This document shows, one piece after another, positions 1-15,000 of a DNA stretch of 64,000 nucleotides (position 1 is its first letter; each line of letters starts with the position of its first letter). The stretch lies in contig CM082586.2 in NCBI GenBank assembly GCA_040954595.2, positions 186,001 to 250,000 of the forward strand, given 5' to 3'. The notes beneath the pieces were generated by a model. The model made no database searches and was not told the origin of the DNA. It was given only the letters and a program-made list of their open reading frames with translations. This DNA comes from Balanoglossus misakiensis (taxonomy: Eukaryota > Animalia > Hemichordata). Position numbers and translations under genes: made by a program.

Positions 1-3000
1 CTCTATTGAACAGAAAACTGTTTAACACTATTTCAACACAAATTATCAGAGAAGAACACCACCCCATCCATCATGGTTAGAATGAAGGTTACTTTATCCG
101 GGCGATAATAGCAGCTGCATGCAGATCCTTTCACGTTAGAGACGTTCAGCTCTGCAGTTTGATCTCTTACCACTGTTAAATAGAGAACTACAGGAAAATT
201 CAAAACAGCCTTGAATATAGAAATGCAAGAGAACATTACAAAGAGTTTTAAGAAGCAGTACCATGAATGTAAATATTGCTCACGTTGAAAGGTTCAGGTC
301 ATGCGAGTGTGAATAGAGATGTCACTTTGAGTTAGTAACTAGTTTAGGTTGCTAGGCTCTACTTGTTGTAGGAAGTAGCATATTTGAAGTGCAATGTAGT
401 TGTAACACCTCTATACTTTTTGACTTGCTTCCTTGAGGTGAAATATTTCAGCTACTTTTCCATTTCATTTCCTCCTTCTGAATTGAAACGATCAACTCAA
501 AGAAGAGGGCACTTCACAGCTGTCAGCTGCTTCGTAAAAATGACAGCACTAAATGTTAATATTTGGCAAATACTTGAAAATTGATTGGCATTTTGACCGC
601 ATTATTTCTTTTCTTTAAAGATAATGTCTATGGACTTTGTTGACAACAAAGCCTAGCCAGTAAACTTTTCCTTTGGTTAAGCAATGGTCTTGGATAACGA
701 ATTAAAATGGATGGAAAGGCAGAAATATGGAAATCAACATTGCTACATTATCAACAAATATCAGCACAGGTGCAATTCAATGATGAGAATTGTTTGGTTC
801 ATGCACTACCAGTTTTCAATGATGAGAATTTGAACTGTACTGTTAACTATCTTTGAATGTCTAAGATAATGATTGGCTTTGGATCAAAACCATTTTCTAT
901 TTGCTTCTTCACATTTGGTCATTGTGAAAATCATGTGTTGATTGCAGGTAACAAGGAAGACGGATCTACATTAAAACCTTACACTCACTGCGGTAAACCA
1001 CTGGACTCTTTCAAAAGTAGCAGCTCGATGCATTGCCCATTATACAGCGGAAATAGCGGCAAAGCATGTGAGAATATGTATACAGTCTTGGAGGATTCTG
1101 AAAAACACTCCACTGAGAATAACCATCGAGTATCTGTGCGTCACTTATAGACAGCCATTAGGCACATCTGTTGGATCATCAGTCATGATGTTGCCACAGT
1201 TACAAGCGATGTTGCCATGGTTGCAATACAATATTGTGTCAAAGATGGCAGGCATCTGTACGTTTAGTTGGTACTTCACGTTGGAACTCAGATTCCTAAA
1301 TGTCCCTAAGAAATGCATTTGGCACTTGTGCATTGGGTTAATAAGCCACGCTTTTCTTAAGAAGTCAGCGTCATTTTTGATGTGCACGTGATTGGAATAA
1401 TAATGGAGTCACGCCTAATTGCTTCGCAACTACAAGATTTCCAAAATGATCAAAAGATCAGCATACATCTTTGTACTATGTGTTTTACAACATGCACATG
1501 AATCAAAGAAACATTGCTACATATCTCACATGCTGTCATACTACATATAGTATATAAACAGGGTTACACACCCCTGCAGAGTATTCTGTATAAATGATCT
1601 GATAAAAAATCTGATATAAAAAACTAATCATACTGAAACAATCACTGGTAAGAAAAAAACACACATAACTTGATGTCAAAATATTTTATTTGTATTTCAA
1701 TTCCTCCTTGTCTATAGACTTAAAATTACTCGATCTCAGTAAGTCTTGTGGGAGTTAAATACCACGAAAATTAATGATTGCATTCTGAGGAACTGATTCT
1801 TTTCAGTCATTGACAGTGCAAAGTACTCCAATAAATATTCAGCAATTAAGATAAAAGTTCACAGTACTGTCGTCCAATTTCCTTGTCTCTGTATGTTGTA
1901 AAAGACTTTTGGTGAACCAACTACTCCATGTGACCTTAGCTGTTGACAAGACCTGACGAGAATCTCATTATTATTTTTGTAAAACCTTTAAATAAATTGA
2001 CCTTAGGTGCCATACAACTTATTACAAGACGACTGCCCTTGACTAAGTCAATCAGGCTTTTAATGCAGAAAGAAAACACCAGGGTTCTACAAATACAAGT
2101 TCAGGAGTCTGAAAATCTATGATTATTTCTTGTTGGATTTCTCTGATGACTTCAACAGATTTGAGTTTTTATTACTTGAAGTACTTTCTAAGGGCACAAT
2201 GAACTAGTAACTCTTCACTGATTCCAATGATCTCAACTCCCAAGTATGCAGTTTTAAATGTAAGATTATAGTTTGTTGTATTTCACCTTAGACTGGCCCA
2301 TCTCTAATATTGATTTTCACACAAGTCTGTGCATGGCTGCATAAACCAACTATGGTATGGTCTATCTACTGTAGCAGGAATTTCCTGACTATGACAAAAA
2401 ACAAAGGAGAGCTCACACCAAGGGAATGAAAATTTCATCACCATTTCAAACTAAAGACTATTCTCCCTAGAGCAATATCACATCCTCTAATCACTACAAA
2501 CTGAAACGAATACACCACACAGAAGGTAACTCCATACCAGCTTGATAATTAGATTGTATAACTAAGCAGGGGTTCAGGTGTTCCAACAGACAAGGAGAAA
2601 CCTTTTTCCACATCATCTTAGGCTATTTCTAAGAATCAGAGATCCTAAGTAACTTCCAAAGTATATTTCTGTCACCTTCACAGCAGAATTCTACCTATTA
2701 CTTTATTCATATTCCACAGTTGGGTTTACCGTTTGCTAGACAGGGGAAAGACCAGACAATACCATGGTTATCATTTCCTCTGGAAGAAGCTGTACTCACT
2801 CTAATGCCACAGTTCAACTCACACCATGCAATTATCTCTTGCCCACATTCACATATTTAAGACGTTACAGTATAAAAATGATTGAAAATTTTAGTATGGC
2901 TATGCCAAAGCAGTCACATTTCCAGGTAAACGTAGAAATAGAATGGAGATTTACATTCAAAGGATCACAAAGCTGCTTTCTTGGGAGGAGATTTATGATG

Positions 3001-6000
3001 GTAGTCACCATGGTAATGGTAATCAATCCCTTTCAATCACCATACACTGTAGAAAATGAGAAATAGGGTTGGACATCATATCAATTTGCCATTTTTATTA
3101 TCATCCATCTTTACAATTTTTTTACCAGTTGTATGATTCCTTGCGGTGTTGTGTGATATGCCCGATGTGATGAATTGTAAGATACATGTACTGCCCAAAT
3201 GAAAGGGATGAAAAGAAATAACATGGACAGCTTTTAGGTGTTGTCGGTCTGCCTTGAAACTGTGGTTGTGAAGGACAGTATGGCAAGATGTTACCAGCAG
3301 AGAGGGAGGGGGAGACTCAGACACAGAAATAAAAGAGAATTGGGTGACTGACCTGAAACAGATGTTACCAGCACAGAATACTGGCCATTTTTTTGTCAAA
3401 TTGTACATTGAAAAATGGATAATACTACCGATTCATTCAACAAAAATGTCACAGATTCCTAAGAATGTAACCAGTACAATTTTTGGTATAGTCATGGCCA
3501 ATTTTATTAGTAGATGTAGAAAACAGATCCTAATTATATAAAATATTATGTGCTAATAATATATATCACATGATCAGGGTTAAATCCCATGATCCAATGC
3601 TTTAATGTGGTGATGTAAGCACATTAGAATGGTCATGTTTACACACATCATTGCATTATAGTCTATCGTTTTGTACCAATGTATCACACACAGCTGTATA
3701 CATATCTCAGGAAATGTACAGTAATGTCATACATCAATTATTTCATTTCAACTCAAAATAAAACTGTCGATAACCACGTCTCTACTATCAATCAATAAAT
3801 TAGAGTTTAATTATCATCAGAATTTCCATGAAAAAAATTCTAATGAGATATGACCCACGCAGTTATTAAATATGCGAGTTTATTCAAATTGATCTTCGTC
3901 CATATGTGCATTTATTGGTATCCATAGCAACAAGGCAGTCAATGAAACAGTAAATAATGCTGTACAACATACAGGTAGACGACCTCAAAGACCTGAATAA
4001 ATAACATATGTGTCAGTAAGGTTAATTGTTCATAAAACTACCAGAAATCTGTCTGGTGTTAATGCTTTGTTATACGGTCAATATGGAAACTGATTGCATT
4101 ATTATGAGTGACTTTATGCATACTATTCAAATAAAACAATACAATCAACTATTCTTGGTTGTACTATTGAAAAGATACAAACATTGCCAAATGTGATGCA
4201 AATCCTGAATGGGTTTGCATCTGAATTACACGTGAAATCAACTGTGTGAATGTTATAAACATGTTTATGATTATCATGATACCACTGTGAGAAACTGAAA
4301 CTTTTTCAAAATTTTCACAATGATGAAACTCTATCATAAATGGCATTTATAAGTGAATTATACAAAAATTCTTATAATTCTTGTACTCATTTTAATAGCT
4401 AGTATTTTGCAGAATTCTGAGGTTTTGAGAAACTTCATTTGATGCCAAAATCAAAATCATTCCGTACATGGCTATTAACCTAGGTGGACTCGCAAAAAGT
4501 GCTGGTAATCCAATCTCATGGTCTGGCCTTGTTCTGTTGCTGTTAACATTCAAAACTGTGGGAAAAACCTCCAACACATCTGTAGGCAAATCACTCCTGT
4601 GGATTTTTCCAAAGAGTCTCTATTAATAAACCATTCAGAGATAACGTTTATTTATTGACTCAATTGTGATGCGTTGCGTCAAGCTAATCAGGGTGTACCA
4701 TATGATGGATTCAGCTCCCCTTAAGGGATTTGAAAACACGGAAAAACGTGGGATGTATCAAAACCACTCTCTGGTGGATCAGCAGACTACATGTACCTGT
4801 ATATGACAGACTCAATTGTGTGCCACTTTATAATTCAAAGTGTTCTGCGATACTCAAACATGACATGCATTAATAACAATGAACTATATGTTGTTCTACA
4901 TGTATTAACATATTCAATGTACCACAAATATATTTTGATATAATTTATTTATCATTTGTGTTTTATGTGAGTACAGGTTTTTACATGACATGGAAAAATG
5001 GCTAAAACGAGAGCCAACTATGGCAACTCAATTTGATAGGGAAGCTCTACTGGGAGGTATTTTCACAGCCCACTGAGCATTTACAGGAACATAACTTAGA
5101 TGTAAAAATTCAATTTACTAGATTTAATGGGAAGACTTATTGAGTGTCGTTTTTAACACTGAAAACCAATAATTTGGCAAACCTTAACCTTTGTATGTGT
5201 AATGGAAACTTCACTTTTTACATGTAATATGAATTTGGTTCAAAGATTTCCTTGACAACCCACCCATTTTACAGAAAGACTTGGTCTTGATTTGGACAAC
5301 TTGTCTAATGGAGCACATTGTCAGAGACAATTTCTGACACAGTATTGGATTGCATTTTAACAAGACTTGTCCATTTAGAAGAAATGGAGACAGAGAGACG
5401 GATTGTACTTGTTCTAAATCACGTCAGTGAATAATAGTTGGAGATAAAAAGGCCAGAGGTCATGATGCATACATCTTCAAGATTTGCACCATCTAAAATG
5501 ATATATTCACTTCTTAAGAAATCCTAGTGAACATTTATTGTGCGACAACTTTACAAGGAAAAGGCAAACTAAATTTGCCCTTTTAATACAAATAAAGTTT
5601 TGAATAAATGACTCATGAGAATGGTATCATTTCACAAAACAGATTTTAATTATGTCAAATATATCTTTGCGATCAGAATCAAATGTCAGATCATCTTCAC
5701 AGTTCCGTGCGCAACACTGTATCTCTGCAGTTATTTTTATCACACTTATTTCAGCAATGTGATTTTTACAGTGTAAAATTATCATACAAACATGCTTGGG
5801 GCTCTATCCTTCACGACTCGATTAAAATCCATGGCAGAAACTGATCAGACAAAACGATTTATTTTTAATATCAAATATTTTGAAGGCTACGGATTGCACT
5901 ACTCTGAGACCTGATATGAAACAGATTTATAAACATGATCAACAAATGAATTATAAGCATCCTTTCAGCACCATATGACCGTGACTTGGGACACTTCAAC

Positions 6001-9000
6001 ATTTAATTAAAATCTGTCACAAAACAAGCAAGGGAAAATAGATTTATTTGATTATTACAAATTATGGGCATGTCCTGCCTCCATTTTCTAATGAGTTAAT
6101 AAAACCAGGAGCTATTGTATCATGAAGATGGCATTAGTCTGATATCTTTAATGGTAGATTTACGACTGGCTGTTCTCAAGCTGCAAGTACCTCAAAACTA
6201 CAACAACTCACTTTTCATCAAGATTCAATTACACGCTGGATTAGGGAGAAATCCATTGCCTTATGTCTATGGCCAGCTGGAGTCTATGTTATTAGGTGCG
6301 TTTCTTGCTGTTGATACACGGGATAACAACTCAGGACAGATGCTTGCAGATAATGATGAATAGATGTCTCAGATCAGAAAATGAAAGTTTAAGTCTCTGA
6401 GATACAACTACTAATGCTTCTTATATTACAAAACTGTTCTGATATATTTTTCCTGAAACTGTTCCATCTGATGAGAAAATCTTTATAAACTTGTCACAAC
6501 ATGCATATATGCTGACATGTTAATAACCAATTACATATATCCTTATCTGTTTTTGTGGTAAGTAATGGCAGCTGATGAACAGCAAAAGTTACAAACCTGA
6601 TTTTCTGCCTGTTTGTCATTTGTGGACATGTGACTGTGAAGGGGAACATTTATTTCAATCCCAAACTTTCCAGATCTAATGTTTTTTGTATCCTCAGTAA
6701 CATTTCCTATTAACATCTCTCAGTGAAAGCTTAGGTTGTGACTGTTAACGCAACTAGAATTCCACTGAGATGTAAATCTTCAATTCCACTTGATCATGAG
6801 AAAAATTTGACACCAACAACTCCAGGTGAGGTGTTCTTGAAATACAGATAAAAAATAAACACAAAAGACTTCTTTTCTTTGCAAATCTTTTATGCAACTA
6901 TCCGTACCAGTAATAGTATGGTGTCTGCATACAAATTCAGATGGCAGATGCTATCAGTCTGGACAGCATATGCTTTCACTCCATGTTCAACTCATTGCTC
7001 TATGTAAACAGAGAAAAGACTTCCCACTAGGGGACTTCATTTGACTCTGTTACAGAGCAGTGTCTGTCTTGAGTCATAGAGTAGAATCTGTCCTATATCA
7101 ATGGCAGCCAGAAATCATACATCTATTTACAAGACATTGCATCATTTTTCTGGAAATTTTATCATTTTTATTAACATTATTAAAACATGATAGAAAGCTG
7201 ATGGTCTGCACATACATCAATGCACCTCAAGCTGTATTGTGTAGACCTGTGACTGTTAACACATCTACAAGCTTAACTTTCAAAAGGCAATTTCTTTTTT
7301 CTATCACTTTATTGAACTTCTGTTTGCCGTTATCAGTGAAATATTCTTTATCCTCTTGAAATCTTAAGGCACATTTTTTTTTGCTCAAATTCTAGACAAA
7401 ATAAAAACCAAGGAGATTTAAAATAAGTATTCTGGATTGATATTTACAAGCCCAACAGACTCCTGTTCAGAACCAAGCCTGGATGGCAACAACAGGTTTA
7501 AGTTTCAACTGGGCCCATTCATACATAGAGCACAGGAAGAAATAATCTCTGTGGGGAATAGTGGAGGAAATAACAGTGTCATGAAAACATCCACCTTTAA
7601 ATGGATGTTCGCAAGAAGCCATGGCAAAGTTCCAAGTACATTGTGCTCAGTTTATGACATGATGCCTGAGAAAAACAGAAACTGAGTGTTGTGCACATTT
7701 AGAGTAGCTTCCTTCATTTGAAAAACTGCAAATGAGAGGCATCAAAATAGATATAATGAGGGTAAAACAGGAACCATCAGAATAGAGCAAGGGTCTTTAA
7801 AAGGTCTACCAGGGTTAACAGGACTCCCTGCCTGCATGTAAAATGAAACCAATGTACTGCTGTTTAATTCACTATAATCTCTTCCTTTAGTCTGTGTACG
7901 GTAACATAAACATAGCCGAGAAATTACGACACAAAAACATATAAAATGAAAATCTCTATTTATCCATTAATGTAGTCAGCCATTTCTGGAAACAATTTCA
8001 TTATATCAAGATTATCCCGTGCAATGTATTTCAAATCACAAATACAGTCAAAGAATACTATCCAGAGTTCTTCCTGGGAAGTTCTGATTAGCATATGAAT
8101 TCAAATGATTGTTATGTTAATCAGTTCATACAGTTCCAAAAATATAAGAGAGTGATGGCCAAGTGCTAACGTTAACCTGCTCTAGGGAGAACACTGTTAA
8201 TGCATGCATTTAGATGGCAGTAACCAAAGACTATTTGTGAGCTATATGCCCAAGTGACGAAAGGTAAACTGATGGAAACAGATGTCAATCCCAAGTTGTG
8301 TCAAAGGCCAATGCAGAGGTTATGCCATAGGTTCCATAAAAAGCTCTAAGCTGTTATTAGCAAAGGTCAAAGCTAATTGCAACTTGTCTAGAGGACCCCA
8401 TCTTTCAAGAGATCATCTGAAACTCCTTGAATATCATAACATGAATACCACAGAGAAATAAATGTCACAGTTTGCAGAAACAAATACATTTTTCTTAAGT
8501 CGAAGGTCAATTAGGGTTATATCAACCTTGAAGGTCAATGTACTACAGTTGTTAACATATATCAAGGAATGTTGTGTACATGTACATGTATGTAGCAGAC
8601 TTGTCTTTGCACCATAGGTCTGTTACAGCATTGAAAACTTATGTATTCCTAATAACTGCCTATGATACACCTTTAATAGTGGCATGCTTTCAATTGGACA
8701 GAGAACTTTGTTCAATATTTCAGGGACAGTGGAAGAATATATCAGACTCAGACTTGACTTGGATGACTGTCCAATACCACAAAAGTTACGTCACCATTTT
8801 TTATTTGCAAGACTGAAAGTGTGTACAGGTCTGATCACAATCAATGGACAGTGTATGCATGTGTCTTCACAGCTCACTGGTGTGAAAATGTCCGCCCAGA
8901 CAGTAAAGACCATTTATAGGTATTAAATATTGTTCAGGGACCAACCCACAATATTGGTGGTACATGTATTTATAAATCACTTAGTCAACTAAACATGTAT

Positions 9001-12000
9001 TTGGGTTACACACAGGGCATGCTCTGTGTACAAACGCACTGACCCAGTAATATTAGATAGGACCATAAAAGCTACAATTCATACACAAAACAGTGACTGC
9101 AGAATAAAGAAGGGTGAACAAATCATTTTCAGAGCCAATAGGCACAGAGCTAATAGTTAAAAGTTACCCAGGCTTTTCCTCTAGCCCCGTAAGTCAGTAT
9201 TCCTTCATCTTAAAATTCCATGATCAGTTAGGTTTAGCTTCGACAAAATAATACTAAAAAAATTGATATAAAACTACATTGAACTATCTTGTGACTAGTG
9301 CTGAGAAATTCATTCACCCCTGTTTGACCATGATGAAATTGCTTTGATATTTGGTCAAAGGGTACATTATTGTGCATTTTGTGTTGGTGTCTTTGGGGTT
9401 ACAGACAGTGCATGCCCTCTATAGGAGATCAATGAACCTTGAATTGGATGATAAAGTGAGTCTACAGCACACTTAAGTTGGACATCTCGCTCACACCAAT
9501 GGCTACATAAAACTACACAACAGTTAACCATTCCTCAATAACAACAATCGCACTAGTACAATCTTAAGTGTGCCGATTAACGTCAATGTAATATAATATC
9601 ACTTATCACCATAAAAATGTTGAAATTTGATAGTAACGTCTATATGGAATCTTTGGTATTCCATGATAATTTAGAAATCATCTTTGGGGTCCTAAAATTA
9701 GATTTATTAAGTCATGAAGCAATAAGGTGTATCATATTACAATAATGGAGGTGGGCAGTGTACTTCAGAGACACGCAGGGTTTGATGAAGGACCCAAACC
9801 TCTCTTCATTTCTTTAATTTTATGATTTATGTGTGAAATACTACTCTCTTGACTCTCTCCCCTTACCTTGAAAGAAAAGCAAGTTGACTTCACTAGCTGA
9901 AAGACCGTAGGCATGTCCAGAAAGGACAAAGATTAATATTTATCATTGAATTGTATGGTTTATCGAGAGTCTTGTTAACTGCTTTAAAACAACACCTAGT
10001 TTTTAATCAAGCTTGAAGATTGTAATCACAGACAAGGTGTACCTTAGACATTTCCAGAAGTTTCTAGCATCAAATTACAAATTTGTGTAACTTGACACAA
10101 GAGCGACTGAGTTATACCATGTGAGATTTCAGTGAAACGGATGAAACATGACATTTGCAACATCATTAAAACATAATGAATTGTGGGATACACGTTACAA
10201 CCAGATTATATTTTCAAGGTAGAGTAATCTTAATACATGTATTACCTGAAGCACACCTTGGACAACCCTATCAGTTCTGCACAATACTCCATAGCATGGG
10301 CACTGATGACACGCATTTTTGTTGTAATGTTTACAGTTTATTATCATTTCTGATTCCATATATTCTGCCACTTTATTGTTTTAAAGTTTTCTGATTTAAT
10401 TTGCATAATTCCTGCAAATTTGCATCTCTGTCAAGAGCAGAAAAGTATACAATGCTCTCCTACAGCATAAATTTACATGTATCTCAGAGGTACGCCAATA
10501 TCTACACATATTTTACTACGCCACTGAACCCACCTGAGGTGTTGCAGCCAAAACGCAGCAAGGGAATAAAGCATTCACCATGACCTCAACCATTTCATTC
10601 AGCCATGGGTTAATGAGGCTAGATAGAACAGAGCACTTGAGAATTAAATTCTGTCAGCTCATAACATTCCATTTCCCAATACCCAAGCCAATCTGAGCTT
10701 AAGGCATGCACAGATCTATTTAGGTACAAATCTCTGCATCTACTGATGTGAATATATCGATCTTCCTAGCCTCTCCAACACACCTGTCTACTTTTGTAAT
10801 GTCATAAGAATCCATATAATAATTTAAGAAAAACACAACTATCCCAAACCAAAGGTCTGTGTTATGAAACTAATGTCAGAGCATCTATGGCCAGTGTTTC
10901 TGAAAGAGTGAACAAACCCTACTCTTTAATCTTGCACCTACACCAACCACATGAATGCAAGTGAAGTGTTCTCATACCTGTGACTCAAGAACAAAAAATG
11001 GGTAAAAATAAGAAAGACAGATTACAAGACAGACAATACGTGAGATGATGATCCATGATTTATGTTTCAACTTTCCCTTGCAAGTGTTGAGACATGGATA
11101 CTAAAAGATTACACGGAGAGACACTAAGCTCATAGTCATAAATTTTCTCTAATGTGGACACTGAAGCTATGATTATGTAGTGTACTTTTCCATGATGGCC
11201 TTGGGAACTGATGCTAAGTCTTTTCTATTAATTTTCTCTAAGACAAAAAACAAGTAATGAATGGAATAAGAAATTCGCAAACAGCCTCACTCAGTCAGAG
11301 ATTTATCGAAATTTGCAAAAACTACATTTGTAAATCCATGCCTTGTTTCAGGAGAATCAAAACAGGTCGGGATTATACACAGCATATCAAAGTCATGATC
11401 AAGTTGAAAAACAGGAGTAACTTCCGATGAAGTTTTGGTACCGGTACTCTCTGTTCGTGTAACTTTCTAGCTCTAATCCTACATCCTGTTGAGATATCTG
11501 CCAACACAGCTGGAGTACACAGAATACTGGCTTCATTGTTGGCAACTGGATGCAAGTCTAGACTTAAATTCAAATGTCAACAGTAAAGGTGTGTGTTGCA
11601 TACACATGTATGTAGGTGGTTATTGCTACAGGAGCTGCAATGAGCTTCACAGGTTTCTAATCTTGAAACTGCAGCCAGTACTCTGAACAAAAATACAAGG
11701 AAAAGTTATGGTCATGGAAACTAACCAACAGTTAAGTATATTTCCCCTTCAAAATGAAAATATGGATTGCTATAACCAAAACCAAAATTTCAGTGTCAAT
11801 AGACAGAAGACAAACAGCCTGTAAGCCAGTAGCAATAATGCGAGATTTCACTTTTGCTAATGGATGTTGTAAAATTTTAATTTTAAGCACATTAATCTTC
11901 ATAAATTTACAAGAATATTGCGCTTTTCAATTTTGCTAATGGACGAATAGTTTGAAATTTTAAATACATTTATCACCATAATGCATAATAAAATTGCGGA

Positions 12001-15000
12001 TCAAATCTGAGACTTTCGCCAAATCGATTGCTAGTATTACTTGAAGGTTTTTAATTTTGTAAAGAAACTTATTGTTATCGCATATCAAATATAACTCACG
12101 GCATAGTTTTCTTTCACTTTAGAAAAACTGCACATTTATGTTGCAGGTGTTATTGAGGTCACTGCAGTAGCTCCACGTCTAATGTCAGAGTTTTCAGATA
12201 TATCACCTCGTTAAATTACAAATGGGAAGTGTGCGTACTTGCAGCGCAATTTCTGGCGTTTTAACGCTGTACCTATCATGAATCACGCAGGGCAAATATT
12301 AACTTTAGCAACACAACTCAGCACCTGGGACCTTGGGATAAGACATAAAATGGCCAAACCATGCCACTGGCTAATCATTTTTTTAACATATGATCAAACT
12401 AGGCACATATTAGCTTTAAATTAGTGTACATACAATGTGTATGTTAAAACATCTGTCTGAAAACCACAGTAAAACCTATGATTGACAGTACTTCTGTACT
12501 CACACATTACTTTAAAAAGAACCTACCACACACATACATGTATAATGTGATTAAACCAATTGTCTGCTGTTAGCATCTATGGTATCAGTTACCATAGCAA
12601 CAATGATTCATTATCGCAATATCTGGCATTATCCATTAACAGCAGAAGACCCCCTAGCGGCTTAAAGGGGCATTTCAGTCCCTTGTTTTATTGAAATCAT
12701 TTCAATGGTAACTTTTGCTGGAAGATAAACTTGTTCACAAATGACATAATGTCGGAAAAGTCTACAGATATTGTTTCTCAAATGAATTAATCACCTCAAA
12801 AAATTGACAAGACTGAGTGGGACTAAACCATCTCTAGGTTCTGAGGTTGGCCGGATAAAATTCAATTTCATGGAGTGCTTACATTTAAGCTTTACACTAA
12901 AAGTAGATTACACTTTGAAAAAAGGCATTCCCTCCTTAACACAGATTTCTCCTTACTCAAAGTAGGTCACAAGATTTATACTCATTACTGCTAATTCTGT
13001 ATACAGTTCACCTCCAGAAAGAATTCTGTTTGAAATTTGAACAAGAAATGGTTTTCCTCTGGTCAGATACAAACCCTTTAAACTCAAGGTATCTGCTAAA
13101 TTTCTCCTCATCTAACGTCTTACTGTATGATTGCTAAATCTAGACTGAGTGATATGAACACAAGAAAACAATAATCTTGTGACATTACTGAGTATAGTTT
13201 GTATTTGAATAAATTAAATTTCATGTCAAGCGAGTATATCACAAGAATCTACAGAACTTTTACTAAGAAGAATTGAACAATTTTAGCTTGCTATCACATT
13301 CAAGAAACTGCACATAGTTCTCTACAAAATTCCATAGGATGAAATGGAACAAGGTAGAGAATTCATTTGTCAGCAATGACAATGGTTATTACACAAATAC
13401 AGGCAACATGTCAATCATGTATGTTGACAAGCAGAGTACCAAAAGTTACAACTAATATCCCTTAGATGTATTATTTTTTTGTGAAAGCTCTAAATTTAAT
13501 CCTGATTCAAGGACTTTCATTTAAATAAATAATTATCCCCTGAGACGTCCTCTATCCTTCCTATTTATTTTTTATGCAAGAGTTTCACAGCTGACATCGA
13601 TATTCTTGTTTTCAAATCTAAGACAGTTAGCTACCAGGCTTGAGGCTGTATTCATGCAATTGTGTTATCCTAACTCAATCAGTCTGGTTGACAGACTATA
13701 ATAAAGACACAGACTCTGAAATGAACTCGTCTGACAAGCCATGTCAGTAGGGAATTTCTAGTCACAATTATAAAGCAGATATCTTCCGAAAAGCCTGTCA
13801 CATGTTACCAGTGTCAGTATCTTAGTCTGCAATCATCCGGGATGATCTGATGAATATAAAAATTAGTTTGCTGAAACTTCTGTGAAAGAAAGAAGAGTGA
13901 TTTATTAGCATATGATAATTTAGTTGGAAGGATCAAAATCATCAAAACTTCTTCATGGGAGAGGCATGTATCTTGTGTAGAAAGAAGCAATGAAAATTTG
14001 TAATCTCACACGACAGCAAGAAATACTTGACACAGAACACATCATGAAACTCTAAGGAAGTCAGTCAGTGAAATATCTTTTCAGAGGAGGGAGGAGATAG
14101 GGGCAGAACTAGAACGAAGAAATAAGGTTTTTCATGTTCCAGCTTCTGTGATCAGCAGCCCCTTGAACCATTTCTGGTACTTCATTTGCTGTGACTTTTG
14201 AACGTGTGATAACGTTGAATCGAGATTTGTGTTTTTATGTATTCATATTGTAATTTTCACGATGCATATCAATACATCAAAAGAATATTGTCATATAATT
14301 AGTCTAGCTGCACTCAAACAACATATACATCACTTTAATGCAATGTTTACTCGTAAATGTTGTCGCTGATTAGTTGTAATCATTTTATTGGTGCCCTTGC
14401 TACAAACTACATTAGCTCATGGCCATTTACAATTTGAAGCAAATTACGCGTGCTTGTGATTTTCTTTTAGTGGCCATTTGGTGTATGTGAATTTACAGAC
14501 TCTGTCAAACAGTTAAGGTTACATGTATTTTGTGTAAGAACTTCCAATTTTTCTGTGTGGTTTGAATGTTTGTACAAACTGCAGGCTACACACCACATAT
14601 GGTTCTGAAATATTAAAACAATTCCATCAACCCTTACAAACATTGGTACAAATAACTTATCAACTGAAATGTTGGAGGTAAATGTATTACGACATACTAT
14701 TGAATATAATAAAGGTCAGTCTTAACAGCCTTCGATTCACTGTTGCATCAAAAACACTTTATCAGAAAGCCTTTTATACACACTTTCAGCTACCTGGTTA
14801 TTGACAACAATGTGTGTTGATTGTCATGACAATACCATGGGCCTAATTTCCCATCTGTCGTAAATATCTGTGATGGTTGGTTTCATAGCAATTGCGGATA
14901 TTTCCCGGGAATTCTCTGTTGTTCAGATGATGATCAGGGATCAATACAAATACATGTATTGTGGAAATTCTGAGACAACCTATCTAATGTAAACCCCACT

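Noticed and set aside
33-236. Minus-strand exon-like segment (VRDQTAELNVSNVKGSACSCYYRPDK)
   Set aside because: It does not resemble kinesin motor sequence, its open frame is incompatible with the phase-2 donor of KIF13 exon 2, and the donor is weak.
9867-9896. 30-nt minus-strand segment with good acceptor and donor (tttcag|...aag|gtaagg) as a possible KIF13 microexon
   Set aside because: Joined to exon 2 it gives an immediate TAG stop. At most a poison or cryptic exon, unsupported without RNA data.
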